In this document: positions 44,265-54,203 of the stretch, one piece after another | Numbering within the stretch: position 1 is the first letter of the stretch | How the letters are laid out: each line of letters starts with the position of its first letter | DNA from: Propionibacteriales bacterium | GTDB taxonomy: Bacteria; Actinomycetota; Actinomycetes; Propionibacteriales; Nocardioidaceae | Assembly: GCA_038253325.1 (NCBI GenBank) | Contig: JBBSHE010000015.1 | Location: forward strand, 1,402 to 65,401 | DNA: 64,000 nucleotides | Reading direction: 5' to 3' | Position numbers and translations under genes: made by a program | The notes under the pieces: generated by a model | What the model was told of the DNA's origin: nothing | The model's database searches: none | Seen by the model: the letters and a program-made list of their open reading frames with translations, nothing else

Positions 44265-45226
44265 CGAGCACTCCCCTCGGCCAGCCGGTGTAGGCACTCG
44301 ACGACGTGGTCGCGAACCTCGGATGGCCCCACTGCGACGACGTCCGGACCTTGTGCGGTCAGCTCCTCCGCCAGGCTCGTCGCACTCGAGTACGACACCT
44401 CGACGGTGTCCCATCCGTCGTCGCCAGGAGTCACCTCCGTCGCCCGCCGGCGCAACGCTCCGCCGGTCCCCTTGCGGATCGCAACCACGGCCTGCTTGCT
44501 CGGCTCGGCTGGTGCAAGGCTCGCGGCCAGCGCGCGCAGGTCGAGGTCGGGTGGGCGCACCACCGTATGGGGTGGCCCGGTCACGGTGACATCACCGTCG
44601 AACCGGGACAACCGGAACATCCGGGGTTCGCCCCGGTCGCGGTCGTGGCCGACGACGTACCAGTGTCCGTGCCAGGAAACCAGTCCCCACGGATCCAGCC
44701 GACGCATCGCCTTCCGGCGGGCGGATGCCGAGCGGTAACCGAACGAGATCGGGGTGGCGTTGGTGATCGCGGCGAACACCTGGTCGAATGCCGGTTCGGT
44801 GACCGCGAGCTGCGGCTCAACGATGTCGAACGCCTCGTCGTCGACCTCGACCCCGGCGGCGCGCAGCTTGCGGACCGCGCCGGACGTCGCGTTCGCGAGA
44901 CTCGCGTGCTGCCATACCCGGGCGGCGAGCCCAACCACGGCGGCCTCATCGGCCTCCAGCGTGATCTCGGGGAGCTCGAACCGGTCCCGGCGGATCCGGT
45001 AGCCGACCTCGTCGTCGAAGAAGCGGTCCCGGGAGCCGAGGTCGATCGGGACGCCGAGGACCCGAAGCTCTTCCTTGTCACGCTCGAACATCTTCTCGAA
45101 TGCGTCGGTGGACAGGTCGCGGTAGCCCTCGACCGCCTGCTTGATCTGGCTCTTCGAGATGTACGTACGGGCGACCAGTAGGCAGATCACCAAGTTCATC
45201 AGCCGTTCGGACTTGCGAGCGGTCAC
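44261..45226 (-). CDS. pafB: proteasome accessory factor PafB (HTH-WYL regulator)
   Basis: 321 aa with 'SERLMNLVICLLVARTYISKSQIKQAVEGY' (winged HTH) and a WYL-type core 'VSWHGHWYVVGHDRDRGEPRMFRLSRF'. Confidence 0.88.
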   Translation of the reverse strand: MTARKSERLMNLVICLLVARTYISKSQIKQAVEGYRDLSTDAFEKMFERDKEELRVLGVPIDLGSRDRFFDDEVGYRIRRDRFELPEITLEADEAAVVGLAARVWQHASLANATSGAVRKLRAAGVEVDDEAFDIVEPQLAVTEPAFDQVFAAITNATPISFGYRSASARRKAMRRLDPWGLVSWHGHWYVVGHDRDRGEPRMFRLSRFDGDVTVTGPPHTVVRPPDLDLRALAASLAPAEPSKQAVVAIRKGTGGALRRRATEVTPGDDGWDTVEVSYSSATSLAEELTAQGPDVVAVGPSEVRDHVVECLHRLAEGSAR

Positions 45227-45250
45227 GCGGCTACCGATCCCACGCGGACA

Positions 45251-46216
45251 TCAGGACGCGGCGAGGATGTCGATGACGAAGATCAGGTCGGCGTTCTTCG
45301 GAATCGTGGAGCCGCCTCCGGCCTTGCCGTATCCGAGTGCCGACGGAATGGTCAAGATGACCCGCGAGCCGACCGGCTGGCCGACGAGACCCTTGCTCCA
45401 CCCGGTGATGACGTGATTGAGGTCGACGGTCACCGGTTGCTTGGTGTACGACTCGTCGAATACCTTGCCGTCGGGGTAGAGGGCGCCGAGATAGTCGACC
45501 GTGAGACTCTGGCCGGGCTTGACGGCGGCACCGTTGCCCTTGATCAGCAGATGGACACCCAGCGTGCTCACGTTGGGCGGCGTCGTCGCGGTCTTCTTGA
45601 AGCCGGTCGGAACCCCGGCCGAGCTCAGGACCAAGCCGGGAACCGACGCTGGCGCCGTCACCTTCTTGCCCTGCGGACCGGTGAGCGGGCTGGTCACGGA
45701 CACGAGCTTGACGACCGCCACGATGCTGTCGCCCGGAGCGACAGTCGTGCCGTTACCGGTCGGGTCGAAGGCGTCTCTGGCGGCCATCGTGACCAGGACG
45801 ACGTCGCCGGCATGCAGCCCCAACAGACCGGATCTGAGGCCCTTGATCGCCGAGCTGACGGGGAAGGTGTACGGCGCGGTGGTCGCCGTCCAGGGGCGGA
45901 TCCGGTTGGCAGTGTTGTTGCCGACCGAAACGCCGTCGCGGCCGACGTACTCGACGAACTTGATGCCGACGATCGACTTCGCCGTCACTGTCGGCCCCGA
46001 ACCGGCTCCCTTGTGGAGCACCTTGCGCTGGGTCGACTTGACCGTGAACGGTTTCGGGAAATCGACCTTGGGCGCGCTGTCGAAACCACCGCTCACCGCG
46101 ACCGCCGCGATCGTGCGGTACTTGACGCTGTCGCCGCCGCCGCTGCTGCAGGCGGCGGTCGACGCCAGGAGCGCAACGATGAGGACGGCGAAACGGCGTC
46201 GCACCACGGACCTCAC
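45251..46216 (-). CDS. FKBP-type peptidyl-prolyl isomerase lipoprotein
   Basis: The start is set at GTG 46216 ('VRSVVRRRFAVLIVALLASTAACSSGGG', signal/lipobox-like). The C-terminal FKBP domain reads 'VDYLGALYPDGKVFDESY...GWSKGLVGQPVGSRVILTIPSALGYG'. Confidence 0.88.
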   Translation of the reverse strand: MRSVVRRRFAVLIVALLASTAACSSGGGDSVKYRTIAAVAVSGGFDSAPKVDFPKPFTVKSTQRKVLHKGAGSGPTVTAKSIVGIKFVEYVGRDGVSVGNNTANRIRPWTATTAPYTFPVSSAIKGLRSGLLGLHAGDVVLVTMAARDAFDPTGNGTTVAPGDSIVAVVKLVSVTSPLTGPQGKKVTAPASVPGLVLSSAGVPTGFKKTATTPPNVSTLGVHLLIKGNGAAVKPGQSLTVDYLGALYPDGKVFDESYTKQPVTVDLNHVITGWSKGLVGQPVGSRVILTIPSALGYGKAGGGSTIPKNADLIFVIDILAAS

Positions 46217-46281
46217 AGACGATGATCGGGGTTTCGGGACGGTCAAGCCTAGCCCACCGCACCCGGCCGTACGGTTGGCGG

Positions 46282-47643
46282 CTACATGGACTCGATGAGC
46301 CTCTCCACCCGCTCGTCGTGCGCCCGGAACGGGTCCTTGCACAAGACGGTGCGTTGCGCCTGGTCATTGAGCTTCAGGTGCACCCAGTCAACCGTGAAGT
46401 CGCGACGTCGCTCCTGCGCGCGCCGGATGAACTCGCCGCGGAGGCGGGCTCGGGTGGTCTGCGGCGCGACCGACTTTGCCTCGAAGACCGCCAGGTCGGT
46501 CGTCACCCGGGCCACCGCGCCGCGGCGCTCGAGCAGGTAGTAGAGGCCGCGGTCGCGGTGGATGTCGTGGTAGGCCAGGTCGAGCTGGGTGACCCGCGCG
46601 GAACTCAGGGGCAGGTTGTGCTGCGCCCGGTAGCGCTCGATCAGCGTGTACTTGATGACCCAGTCGATCTCGCGCTCGATGAGCGACAGGTCTCCCGAGT
46701 CGACTGCCTTCAGCGACCGCTCCCACAAGTCGAGCGCCGCGTCGACGGTCGGGCTGTGCCAGTCGCGCCGGTCGACGAACTGGCGCGCCTTCGACAGGTA
46801 CTCGTCCTGGATGTCCAACGCCGAGGCCATCCGGCCGTTGGCGAGCCGGACCTGCTTGCGTCCGGACATGTCGTGGGAGATCTCCCGGATCGCGCGGATG
46901 GGGTTCTCGAGCGTGAGGTCGCGCATCACGGCGCCGGCCTCGATCATCCGCAGCACCAGGTCGGTGGTCGCGACCTTCAGCATCGTCGTGGTCTCGCTCA
47001 TGTTTGAGTCGCCCACGATCACATGGAGCCGGCGGAAACGTTCGGCGTCTGCGTGGGGCTCGTCCCGGGTATTGATGATGGGTCGCGACCTCGTCGTCGC
47101 GCTGGAGACGCCCTCCCAGATGTGCTCGGCTCGCTGGCTGACGGAGTACACGGCCCCGCGCGGCGTCTGCAACACCTTGCCGGCGCCACAGATGATCTGC
47201 CGGCTCACCAGGAACGGGATGAGTACGTCGGCGAGTCTGGAGAACTCGCCCTGGCGGCCGACCAGGTAGTTCTCGTGGCAGCCGTACGAGTTTCCCGCCG
47301 AGTCGGTGTTGTTCTTGAAGAGGTAGACGTCGCCGGAGATTCCCTCGTCGTGGAGCCGGCGTTCGGCGTCGATCAGAAGGCCCTCGAGCACGCGCTCACC
47401 GGCCTTGTCGTGCGTGACGAGGCTGATCACGTCGTCACACTCGGGCGTGGCGTACTCCGGGTGGCTGCCGACGTCGAGATAGAGCCGGGCCCCATTTCGC
47501 AGGAAGACGTTGCTGCTGCGGCCCCACGACACCACCCGCCGGAACAGGTACCGCGCCACCTCGTCTGGAGACAGCCGGCGGGAGCCGCGAAACGTGCATG
47601 TGACGCCGTACTCGTTCTCGATCCCGAAGATCCGGCGGTCCAT
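46282..47643 (-). CDS. pafA: Pup--protein ligase PafA
   Basis: 453 aa with the N-terminal '[14 protein letters not shown]' and full-length similarity to Dop in the same window. Confidence 0.97.
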   Translation of the reverse strand: MDRRIFGIENEYGVTCTFRGSRRLSPDEVARYLFRRVVSWGRSSNVFLRNGARLYLDVGSHPEYATPECDDVISLVTHDKAGERVLEGLLIDAERRLHDEGISGDVYLFKNNTDSAGNSYGCHENYLVGRQGEFSRLADVLIPFLVSRQIICGAGKVLQTPRGAVYSVSQRAEHIWEGVSSATTRSRPIINTRDEPHADAERFRRLHVIVGDSNMSETTTMLKVATTDLVLRMIEAGAVMRDLTLENPIRAIREISHDMSGRKQVRLANGRMASALDIQDEYLSKARQFVDRRDWHSPTVDAALDLWERSLKAVDSGDLSLIEREIDWVIKYTLIERYRAQHNLPLSSARVTQLDLAYHDIHRDRGLYYLLERRGAVARVTTDLAVFEAKSVAPQTTRARLRGEFIRRAQERRRDFTVDWVHLKLNDQAQRTVLCKDPFRAHDERVERLIESM

Positions 47644-47693
47644 GCCGTCAGCCTATGCCGTCCCCGGAGAGCCGCCGGCTACCCGCGAGTGCG

Positions 47694-48074
47694 TCAGCCC
47701 CCGTGGTAGACGGCCTCCACGTTGTGGCCGTCGAGGTCGCGCAGGAACACGCTGTAGTAACCGTGGTGGTACTCGGGCCATTCACGCGGCGGGTGCAGCA
47801 CCTCGACGCTGGCATCCACGGCGGCATCGTGGACCGCGTCGACGGCTTGCCGATCGGCGGCGCGAAAGGCCACGTGCAGCTCCCTGGTCTCGAGGCCGGT
47901 GGTCGGACCGAGCCAGAAGTTGGGGATGCCGTCCGGGCCGGAAAGACCGACGAAGAACGAGTCACCGTGCGGAAAGCGCATCACCTCCCGCATCCCGATC
48001 GCGGCGAAGGTGCGTAGGTAGAAGGTGAGCGACCCCTCGACGTCGGCCACCTGGACACCGATGTGATCCAGCAT
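47694..48074 (-). CDS. VOC/glyoxalase family protein
   Basis: 126 aa reading 'MLDHIGVQVADVEGSLTFYLRTF...GYYSVFLRDLDGHNVEAV'. Confidence 0.88.
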   Translation of the reverse strand: MLDHIGVQVADVEGSLTFYLRTFAAIGMREVMRFPHGDSFFVGLSGPDGIPNFWLGPTTGLETRELHVAFRAADRQAVDAVHDAAVDASVEVLHPPREWPEYHHGYYSVFLRDLDGHNVEAVYHGG

Positions 48075-48240
48075 GGCTGGAGGTTATCGGCATCCTACGA
48101 CACTGAGCGACGGCGCGCTTCAGTAGTTGCCCTGCTCACCGTCGAGCAACAACCCTCCCACGGCACCCTGACCCTCGCTGTTCGCTCGGCCGTCCCCATC
48201 CTCGCCCCCGCTCTCCGATCGGCGCTGGGCGGGTATGAAA

Positions 48241-48729
48241 CTACCGCGAACGGACATGGCGCAGTCCGGCGGCGGCGAGGGCAGCCGACGCCACGACGTT
48301 GACGCCGACAGCCGTGCGAATCGCCGGTGTCCATCCGCGCCGGTGGTACGTCACGGGTTCAATGAGCGTTCCGGCAATGCATCCCAGGCCGAGGCCGACT
48401 GCCATGAAGCCTGACGCATCGCCCCGCCGAAGCCGGCCCGCTCGGGCGGCCCCGATCAGCGCCGCCACCGGCATCGGCCACGGCGCGGCGACGCCCGCTC
48501 CCAACCCGATCAGTAGCCCGGAACGCACCGTCAGCGGGATCGCGAGACCGAATGGTTCCCCGGCGACGTCGTGACGCATCGCCACCGCACTGCCAAGGAC
48601 GTCCGCGAACGCGAAGGCGGCCGCCGCGGCAGTTAGCACAGGATCGGATGGCATGGCTGCGCCATTATCGCCGGACCCACCAGTGGTGGCGACCCATCCG
48701 TTTTCCCTTGCCCAGCGGTCGCAAGGCAT
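48241..48729 (-). CDS. hypothetical integral membrane protein
   Basis: It has four or so hydrophobic Ala/Gly/Leu-rich segments. The start is ambiguous: ATG 48729 or ATG 48654 ('MPSDPVLTAAAAAFAF'). Confidence 0.5.
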   Translation of the reverse strand: MPCDRWARENGWVATTGGSGDNGAAMPSDPVLTAAAAAFAFADVLGSAVAMRHDVAGEPFGLAIPLTVRSGLLIGLGAGVAAPWPMPVAALIGAARAGRLRRGDASGFMAVGLGLGCIAGTLIEPVTYHRRGWTPAIRTAVGVNVVASAALAAAGLRHVRSR

Positions 48730-48732
48730 CCC

Positions 48733-49137
48733 TTACTGACCCGCGTAGGAGCCGATGCTCCAGATGTTGCCCTCGGGATCCGTGATCGAGAACCCGCGCG
48801 CGTTGTCTGCATAGTCCTCGTCACGGATCGGCCTGATGACGGTCGCGCCGGCGGCCTCGACCCTGGCGTAGAGGTCGTCCGGACGATCGGTCATAAGGTA
48901 GACCGATCCGGTGCCCTTTGGCCGCGGAGCCTCCGGCATACCCCTGCCGGAGCCCAGCATGATGGCGCCGCCGGGCGGCCAGCGGAGCTCCGCGTGGTGA
49001 ATCACCGCCGGGTTGTCGTCGTCTGGATACGACGCGACCACCTCGAAGCCGAGGGCGGTCTCGAGGAACTCGATCGCGGCGGGAGCATCGTCGTAGTGAA
49101 GGGTCGGCCAGACATGGGCCTGCGTTTTGGCGGTCAT
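48733..49137 (-). CDS. VOC/glyoxalase family protein
   Basis: The start is set at ATG 49137 ('MTAKTQAHVWPTLHYDDAPAAIEFLETALGFE'). It ends 'FSITDPEGNIWSIGSY'. The start overlaps the AraC gene stop (ATGA). Confidence 0.85.
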   Translation of the reverse strand: MTAKTQAHVWPTLHYDDAPAAIEFLETALGFEVVASYPDDDNPAVIHHAELRWPPGGAIMLGSGRGMPEAPRPKGTGSVYLMTDRPDDLYARVEAAGATVIRPIRDEDYADNARGFSITDPEGNIWSIGSYAGQ

Positions 49138-50000
49138 GACGACGACGCTGCCAGCGCCCGCTCCCTCCTGTCTTGAAGAAAAGGGAACTCCGCGCGCCGC
49201 CACTGGGTCGGCGAGTATCCCGCGAGTTGTTGCCACTCACGGGTGAGATGAGACTGGTCGGCGTAGCCGCATGCGTATGAAACGTCCGCCAGGCTCGGCA
49301 TCTCGTAAGAGCGAACGAGAGCCACCGACCGCTGGAACCGGGCGATCCGGGCCGCCACCTTGGGACCGATGCCGTACTCGGCGATGAACCGTCCGGTCAG
49401 GTGCCGCCGGCTCCAGCCGAGGTCGTCGGCGACGGACTGGACAGACCTCGGCGAACCCATGTCGGTCAACACGTTCCATGCCCAGATCGTCTCGGGCTCG
49501 CAACTCCTCTCGGGTCCGGGCCCGTGCTCACTTAGCAGGCGGATCAGGTGCCGGTCCAGAGTGGTGAATCGCCGTGGCCAGCTCAAGGCCGAGGCGACGT
49601 CGTCGTAGAGATCGGCCCCGAACCGGCCGGTGAGGTCGCAAAGGTCGAGCAGACCATCGGCGAGCGCGGACGCCGGGCAGCCGAACAAGGCCCGTGAACC
49701 GGCCGGGGTCACGTCGAGCTGGATGCCAAGCTGAGGACCGCACTGATGGATGACGGCAGGTCGAGCTGACAAGCCTGATGCGGTCGCCCAGAGCCGGCTC
49801 CGGGTGTCGGGCCGCGACAACCACGCCACGTCGAGCGGCTGCTCGAACGACAGGACGACGGTGAGAGCAGACGACGGCAGCCCCCGATGGTCCTGCGAGG
49901 CTCCGGGGTCGTAGCGGTAACCGTGAACGGTGGATATGTAGTCCTGGAGAGCGGTCGGCGGGCGGTGGACGACCAGGTCGTCCGCTTGTTCACCGCTCAT
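49134..50000 (-). CDS. AraC family transcriptional regulator
   Basis: 288 aa with the C-terminal double HTH 'SVQSVADDLGWSRRHLTGRFIAEYGIGPK...YACGYADQSHLTREWQQLAGYSP'. Confidence 0.9.
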   Translation of the reverse strand: MSGEQADDLVVHRPPTALQDYISTVHGYRYDPGASQDHRGLPSSALTVVLSFEQPLDVAWLSRPDTRSRLWATASGLSARPAVIHQCGPQLGIQLDVTPAGSRALFGCPASALADGLLDLCDLTGRFGADLYDDVASALSWPRRFTTLDRHLIRLLSEHGPGPERSCEPETIWAWNVLTDMGSPRSVQSVADDLGWSRRHLTGRFIAEYGIGPKVAARIARFQRSVALVRSYEMPSLADVSYACGYADQSHLTREWQQLAGYSPTQWRRAEFPFLQDRRERALAASSS

Positions 50001-50142
50001 CGCCCGAGCGTACGCCCCGGCGCCGGCGTCGGTTGCTGCACGATCGTCTTCGTCCTAGGCACCCGCAGGGCGGTTGCCGTCCGTATTCGCAAGACTACGC
50101 TGTGACGTTGCGAGCAAGGCCGGACCGACGTGTGACATCGCG

Positions 50143-50265
50143 CTATGGCTGGGACTTCGCGACGTAGTAGTTCACGAAGTCCCAGCCGTAGGGGACAGCC
50201 CAGCCATCGTGGAGCACGCAGTCGTCGCCGACGTTGGTCCACAGCCGCTCCTGGTCGGAGGTCAC
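50143..50265 (-). CDS. unannotated 40-codon ORF translationally coupled to prcA
   Basis: The GTG at 50265 overlaps the prcA TGA (GTGA). The peptide is '[40 protein letters not shown]'. By my count, 37 of 40 codons end in G/C. The composition is Trp/Tyr/Asp-rich rather than Arg/Pro-rich. Confidence 0.45.
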   Translation of the reverse strand: MTSDQERLWTNVGDDCVLHDGWAVPYGWDFVNYYVAKSQP

Positions 50266-51254
50266 GGAAGCGGTTCGGGCGCTGACTCGTCCGGCGCGGC
50301 ACTCGAGCCGGGCTCTTTCCCGGTCTGGTTGCCTGCGGCGTCTCCCCCAGTCTGGTTGCCCGCGGCGTCTCCCCCAGTCTGGTTGCCCGCGGCGTCTCCC
50401 CCAGCCTGGTTGCCCGCGGCGTCTCCGCCGGCCGGTGGATCGGCAGCTCGGCCCCCCGAGGAGGAGCCGGCGGCACCTTCGGTACGTGAAGAGACGGCAG
50501 ACGATGCCGTCTGGTCGCTGCTACGGTCCTCGGTCGGGTCCGTCGAGCCGTTCATGGTGCCCTGTCCGAACAGCTCGATCAGCCGCCGGACCGGAATCCG
50601 CCGGAACTTGCGCGCCTGCGGGCGGGTGCGGTCGAGGACTGCGGCCTCGAGCTGGTCGCCGGTGATGGCCCGCTTGTCGGTGCCGTCGTTGCCGAGCGCG
50701 TCGACGACCATCTGCAACGCCGTGTCGAGCGCGAGGCCAGGCTCGTACGACGCCCTCAGCACCTCGGTGACGATGTCGGCAGAGCCGCCCATCGCGGCGT
50801 AGCCGTGCTCGTCCGCCACGGAGCCTTCGTACGTCAGCCGGTAGACCTGGTCGGTCTCCACGGAGTCACCGACCTCAGCGACGAAGATCTCGACCTCGTA
50901 GGGCTTCTCGCCGCCGCTGGAGAAGATCGTTCCCAGGGTCTGCGCATAGGCGTTGGCGAGTCCACGGCCGGTGACGTCGCGGCGGTCGTACGAGTACCCG
51001 CGCATGTCGGCGAGGCGGACTCCGGCGATCCGGAGGTTCTCGAACTCGTTGTAACGACCGACGGCCGCGAACGCGATCCGGTCGTAGATCTCGGAGATCT
51101 TGTGGAGTGCCTGCGAGCGGTTCTCCGCGACGAGCAGCAAGCCGTCGGCGTACTGGATCACGACCATGGACCGACCTCTGGCGATGCCCTTGCGCGCATA
51201 GTCCGCGCGGTCCTTCATCAGCTGTTCTGGTGAGACGTAGAACGGCATCGACAT
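50262..51254 (-). CDS. prcA: proteasome alpha subunit PrcA with a roughly 85-aa repeat-containing C-terminal extension
   Basis: The start is set at ATG 51254 ('[29 protein letters not shown]'). The core ends near '...[16 protein letters not shown]'. The tail reads '...[55 protein letters not shown]'. Confidence 0.95.
   Translation of the reverse strand: MSMPFYVSPEQLMKDRADYARKGIARGRSMVVIQYADGLLLVAENRSQALHKISEIYDRIAFAAVGRYNEFENLRIAGVRLADMRGYSYDRRDVTGRGLANAYAQTLGTIFSSGGEKPYEVEIFVAEVGDSVETDQVYRLTYEGSVADEHGYAAMGGSADIVTEVLRASYEPGLALDTALQMVVDALGNDGTDKRAITGDQLEAAVLDRTRPQARKFRRIPVRRLIELFGQGTMNGSTDPTEDRSSDQTASSAVSSRTEGAAGSSSGGRAADPPAGGDAAGNQAGGDAAGNQTGGDAAGNQTGGDAAGNQTGKEPGSSAAPDESAPEPLP
50323..50430. 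repeat. 27-bp tandem repeat x4 within the prcA 3' region
   Basis: GTCTGGTTGCC(T/C)GCGGCGTCTCCCCCA occurs as three copies identical apart from the one T/C site in the first copy, plus a fourth copy with 3 substitutions. On the minus strand the repeats encode the nonapeptide GGDAAGNQ(T/A). Confidence 0.95.
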
Positions 51255-51280
51255 GGTGAGCTCCGTAACTAGAGGATGTC

Positions 51281-52120
51281 TTAGGTGAGGGGCGCACCGG
51301 GGCCGTCCGGCCGTTGCATCCGCGCCGCGATCACCTGGTCTGCTACTGCCGCAACCTCGTCGTCCGGCATCCGACGATGCCCGGAATCGCTGACGACGGA
51401 CACGACCGGAAAGATCCGGCGGGCCAAGTCGGGACCACCCGTTGCAGAGTCGTCGTCGGCCGCGTCGTACAGCGCCTGGATCGTGACCGTGGTGGCTTCC
51501 GTGGCCGTCAGGTCGTCGCGGTAGAGCTTCTTCAAGGATCCCCTGGCGAACATGGAACCGGATCCCACCGAGTGGAACGCATGCTCCTCGTACCGGCCTC
51601 CCGTCACGTCGTACGAGAAGATCCGTCCGAACCCCTCGTCGAGGTCGTAGCCGGCGAACAACGGCACGACCGCGAGGCCTTGCATCGCCATCGCGAGGTT
51701 GCCGCGGATCAGTGCCGCGAGCCGGTTCGCCTTGCCGTCGACGGACAAGGTGATGCCCTCGATCTTTTCGTAGTGCTCGAGCTCCGCCTGGAACAGGCGG
51801 ACCATCTCGACCGCGATGCCCGCGGCGCCGGCGATTCCGACGCAGGAGTACTCGTCGGCAGGGAACACCTTCTCGATGTCCCGCTGGGCGATCACATTTC
51901 CGCTGGTCGCGCGGCGGTCCCCGGCCATCACGACCCCGCCCGGGAAGGAAGCGGCGACGATCGTGGTGCCGTGTGGCGTATCGATCGGAATGGGGGTGGA
52001 AGGGGCGCTCCGTCGGCCGGGGAGCAGCTCGGGAGCCTCGGTCCCGAGGAAGTCGGCAAACGACGACGACCCGGGTGTCATGTACGAGGCGGGCAACCGG
52101 GCATCCGGGAGGGATGTCAT
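51281..52120 (-). CDS. prcB: proteasome beta subunit PrcB
   Basis: 279 aa comprising a propeptide followed by the catalytic Thr context '[22 protein letters not shown]'. Confidence 0.97.
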   Translation of the reverse strand: MTSLPDARLPASYMTPGSSSFADFLGTEAPELLPGRRSAPSTPIPIDTPHGTTIVAASFPGGVVMAGDRRATSGNVIAQRDIEKVFPADEYSCVGIAGAAGIAVEMVRLFQAELEHYEKIEGITLSVDGKANRLAALIRGNLAMAMQGLAVVPLFAGYDLDEGFGRIFSYDVTGGRYEEHAFHSVGSGSMFARGSLKKLYRDDLTATEATTVTIQALYDAADDDSATGGPDLARRIFPVVSVVSDSGHRRMPDDEVAAVADQVIAARMQRPDGPGAPLT

Positions 52121-52326
52121 TGGCCGCCCTTTTGCACGAACCCGCGCACGAACTCCTCGGCGTTGGACTCCAACACCTCGTCGATCTCATCGAGGATCGC
52201 GTCAACGTCGTCGTCGAGCCTCTCCTTGCGATCGGCTGCGCCGCCCGCGGCATCGGGTTCCGGCGTCTGCTCTTCCTCGGTGGACCTACGCGTCGTCTTC
52301 TGATGTTGACCGCCCTCGCGCGCCAT
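52117..52326 (-). CDS. pup: prokaryotic ubiquitin-like protein Pup
   Basis: 69 aa, acidic, with '...[31 protein letters not shown]' and the canonical C-terminal GGQ. It overlaps the prcB start by 4 nt. Confidence 0.97.
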   Translation of the reverse strand: MAREGGQHQKTTRRSTEEEQTPEPDAAGGAADRKERLDDDVDAILDEIDEVLESNAEEFVRGFVQKGGQ

Positions 52327-52380
52327 GACACACCTCCTCGCAACGTCCGTCTCCGACCCTACCGGCCAGCACCGGCGGTC

Positions 52381-53886
52381 TCACCGGGTTAGGGCCTCGA
52401 ACAACGCCTCGGCGCTCTCCGAACGGTCCAGCAGCGCGCCCACATGCTCGCGGGCCCCACGCAACGGCTCGAGCGTCGGTATCCGCTGCAGCGACTCCCG
52501 ACCCGGAAGGTCGAAGATCACCGAGTCCCACGACGCGGCCGCGACCTGGTCGGGATACTTGGCGAGGCAGCGACCCCGAAAGTACGCCCGGGTGTCTTCC
52601 GGCGGGTTGTCGATCGCATGGTCGACCTCCTCCGTCGACACGATGCGCTCCATCGATCCCCGGGCCACCAGGGTTCCGTACAGCCCCTTGCGTGGCCGGA
52701 GGTCGGAGTACTGCAGGTCGACCAGCTCGAGCTTCGGATCGTCCCAGGCCAATCCGTCGCGGTCGCGGTACGACTCCAGCAAGCCGAGCTTGGCCACCCA
52801 GTCCAGCTCCCGCCGGCACTCGAACGGGTCGCGTCGGAGCCGCGACAGCACCGAACCCCAACGGTAGAGCACGTCCTTGGTCTGCTCGTCCGCGTCGGCA
52901 CCGAAGCGGTCGGAGACATAGCCGGAGGCGGCCTCGAGGTACGCCTCCTGGAGATCGATCGCGGTCATCGTCCGACCGTCCTTCAGCACCACCAGATGAT
53001 TCAGGGTCGGATCGTGTGAGACCTGATGCAGCTGGTCGACGGGTTTGTCGACGGCCAGGTCCAGGCCGATGGCCTTGTCCTCGATCATCGCCAGGACGAG
53101 CGCCGTCGTACCGACCTTGAGGTATGTCGACACCTCCGCGAGGTTCGCGTCGCCGATGATCACGTGCAGCCGACGGTACTTCTCCGGGTCGGCATGGGGC
53201 TCGTCACGCGTGTTGACGATGGGTCGCTTCAGCGTGGTCTCCAGGCCGACCTCGACCTCGAAGTAGTCGGCACGCTGGCTCAGCTGGAAGCCGTGCTCGC
53301 GGCCCTCCTGGCCGATGCCGACCCGGCCGGCGCCGCACACGACCTGACGCGACACGAAAAACGGGATCAGGTGGCGGACGATCTCGACGAACGGGGTGCG
53401 GCGCGCCATCAGGTAGTTCTCGTGCGCACCGTAGGAAGCGCCCTTGTTGTCGGTGTTGTTCTTGTACAACACGATCGGGGGTTGGTTCGGGATGTCGACC
53501 GCATCGGCGGCGGTCTGGATGATGCGCTCGCCTGCCTTGTCCCACAACACGATGTCCCGCGGGTTGGTGCACTCGGGAGTGGAGTACTCGGGGTGGGCGT
53601 GGTCGACGTACAGGCGCGCACCGTTCGTCAAGATCACATTCGCCAGACCGAGGTCCTCGTCCGTCAGTTGACTCGAGTCGGCGAGCTCACGGCTGAGGTC
53701 GAAGCCACGCGCGTCGCGCAGCGGATTCTCCTCCTCGAAGTCCCAGCGCGCGCGACGGGTCCGGTCGATGAGCTGGGCGTACGCGTTGACTACGTGCGAC
53801 GACGTCAGCAGTGGGTTGGCGCTGGGCTGGCCGAGCACCGAGATCCCGAACTCCGTCTCGGTCCCCATCACGCGGCGCACGCTCAT
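52381..53886 (-). CDS. dop: Pup deamidase/depupylase Dop
   Basis: 501 aa with '[11 protein letters not shown]'. It is a paralogue of PafA and lies immediately upstream of pup. Confidence 0.96.
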   Translation of the reverse strand: MSVRRVMGTETEFGISVLGQPSANPLLTSSHVVNAYAQLIDRTRRARWDFEEENPLRDARGFDLSRELADSSQLTDEDLGLANVILTNGARLYVDHAHPEYSTPECTNPRDIVLWDKAGERIIQTAADAVDIPNQPPIVLYKNNTDNKGASYGAHENYLMARRTPFVEIVRHLIPFFVSRQVVCGAGRVGIGQEGREHGFQLSQRADYFEVEVGLETTLKRPIVNTRDEPHADPEKYRRLHVIIGDANLAEVSTYLKVGTTALVLAMIEDKAIGLDLAVDKPVDQLHQVSHDPTLNHLVVLKDGRTMTAIDLQEAYLEAASGYVSDRFGADADEQTKDVLYRWGSVLSRLRRDPFECRRELDWVAKLGLLESYRDRDGLAWDDPKLELVDLQYSDLRPRKGLYGTLVARGSMERIVSTEEVDHAIDNPPEDTRAYFRGRCLAKYPDQVAAASWDSVIFDLPGRESLQRIPTLEPLRGAREHVGALLDRSESAEALFEALTR

Positions 53887-53990
53887 GATTTGAGCCTACG
53901 CGTACCGTCGGTACGCGGACGTCCGTTGCGCGCTCAGGTCGGCAATCCGCCACCCGTCATATCGGTCCCGGGTGGGCGCCGGCCCCGCGG

Positions 53991-54203
53991 TCACCCCACC
54001 GGTCGGGTGACCAAGAAGTGCCAACCCATCATCCACCACCAGAACAGCACAATGCCGATCCGCGTGCTCCGCGAGCGCATCACGATGTCGAGGAGGTCAC
54101 CGAACCGGGCGAACCGACGTGGCACGATCCGCCCGATCAGGACAAGGACCGCGGCGCCCACCGCGAGGAACGCGTAGCCGCCGATCGAGATCAGTCTCGT
54201 CAT
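53991..54203 (-). CDS. small two-TM membrane protein between arc and dop
   Basis: ATG 54203 is preceded by GGGGGAGGA. The protein is 'MTRLISIGGYAFLAVGAAVLVLIGRIVPRRFARFGDLLDIVMRSRSTRIGIVLFWWWMMGWHFLVTRPVG'. Confidence 0.6.
   Translation of the reverse strand: MTRLISIGGYAFLAVGAAVLVLIGRIVPRRFARFGDLLDIVMRSRSTRIGIVLFWWWMMGWHFLVTRPVG

Noticed and set aside
48095-48240. 145-bp gap between the VOC gene and the membrane-protein gene, checked for a small ORF ('...GGLLLDGEQGNY*' on the minus strand).
   Set aside because: That frame has no start codon and a low-complexity composition, so there is no supporting signal.
50323-50430. Regularly spaced direct repeats, which raised the possibility of a CRISPR array. 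The same question applied to the repeats at 42940-42999 and 20924-20981.
   Set aside because: The units are contiguous tandem repeats (27, 15 and 16 bp) with no spacers. They lie inside or at the end of coding sequences and are translated as peptide repeats. No cas genes are nearby.
50262-52343. 693-aa ORF in the track that appears to span prcA, prcB and pup.
   Set aside because: Only its C-terminal 330 aa (from ATG 51254) read as PrcA. Upstream it is an Arg/Gly/Pro-rich read-through in an alternative frame of prcB and pup, which have their own clean frames.
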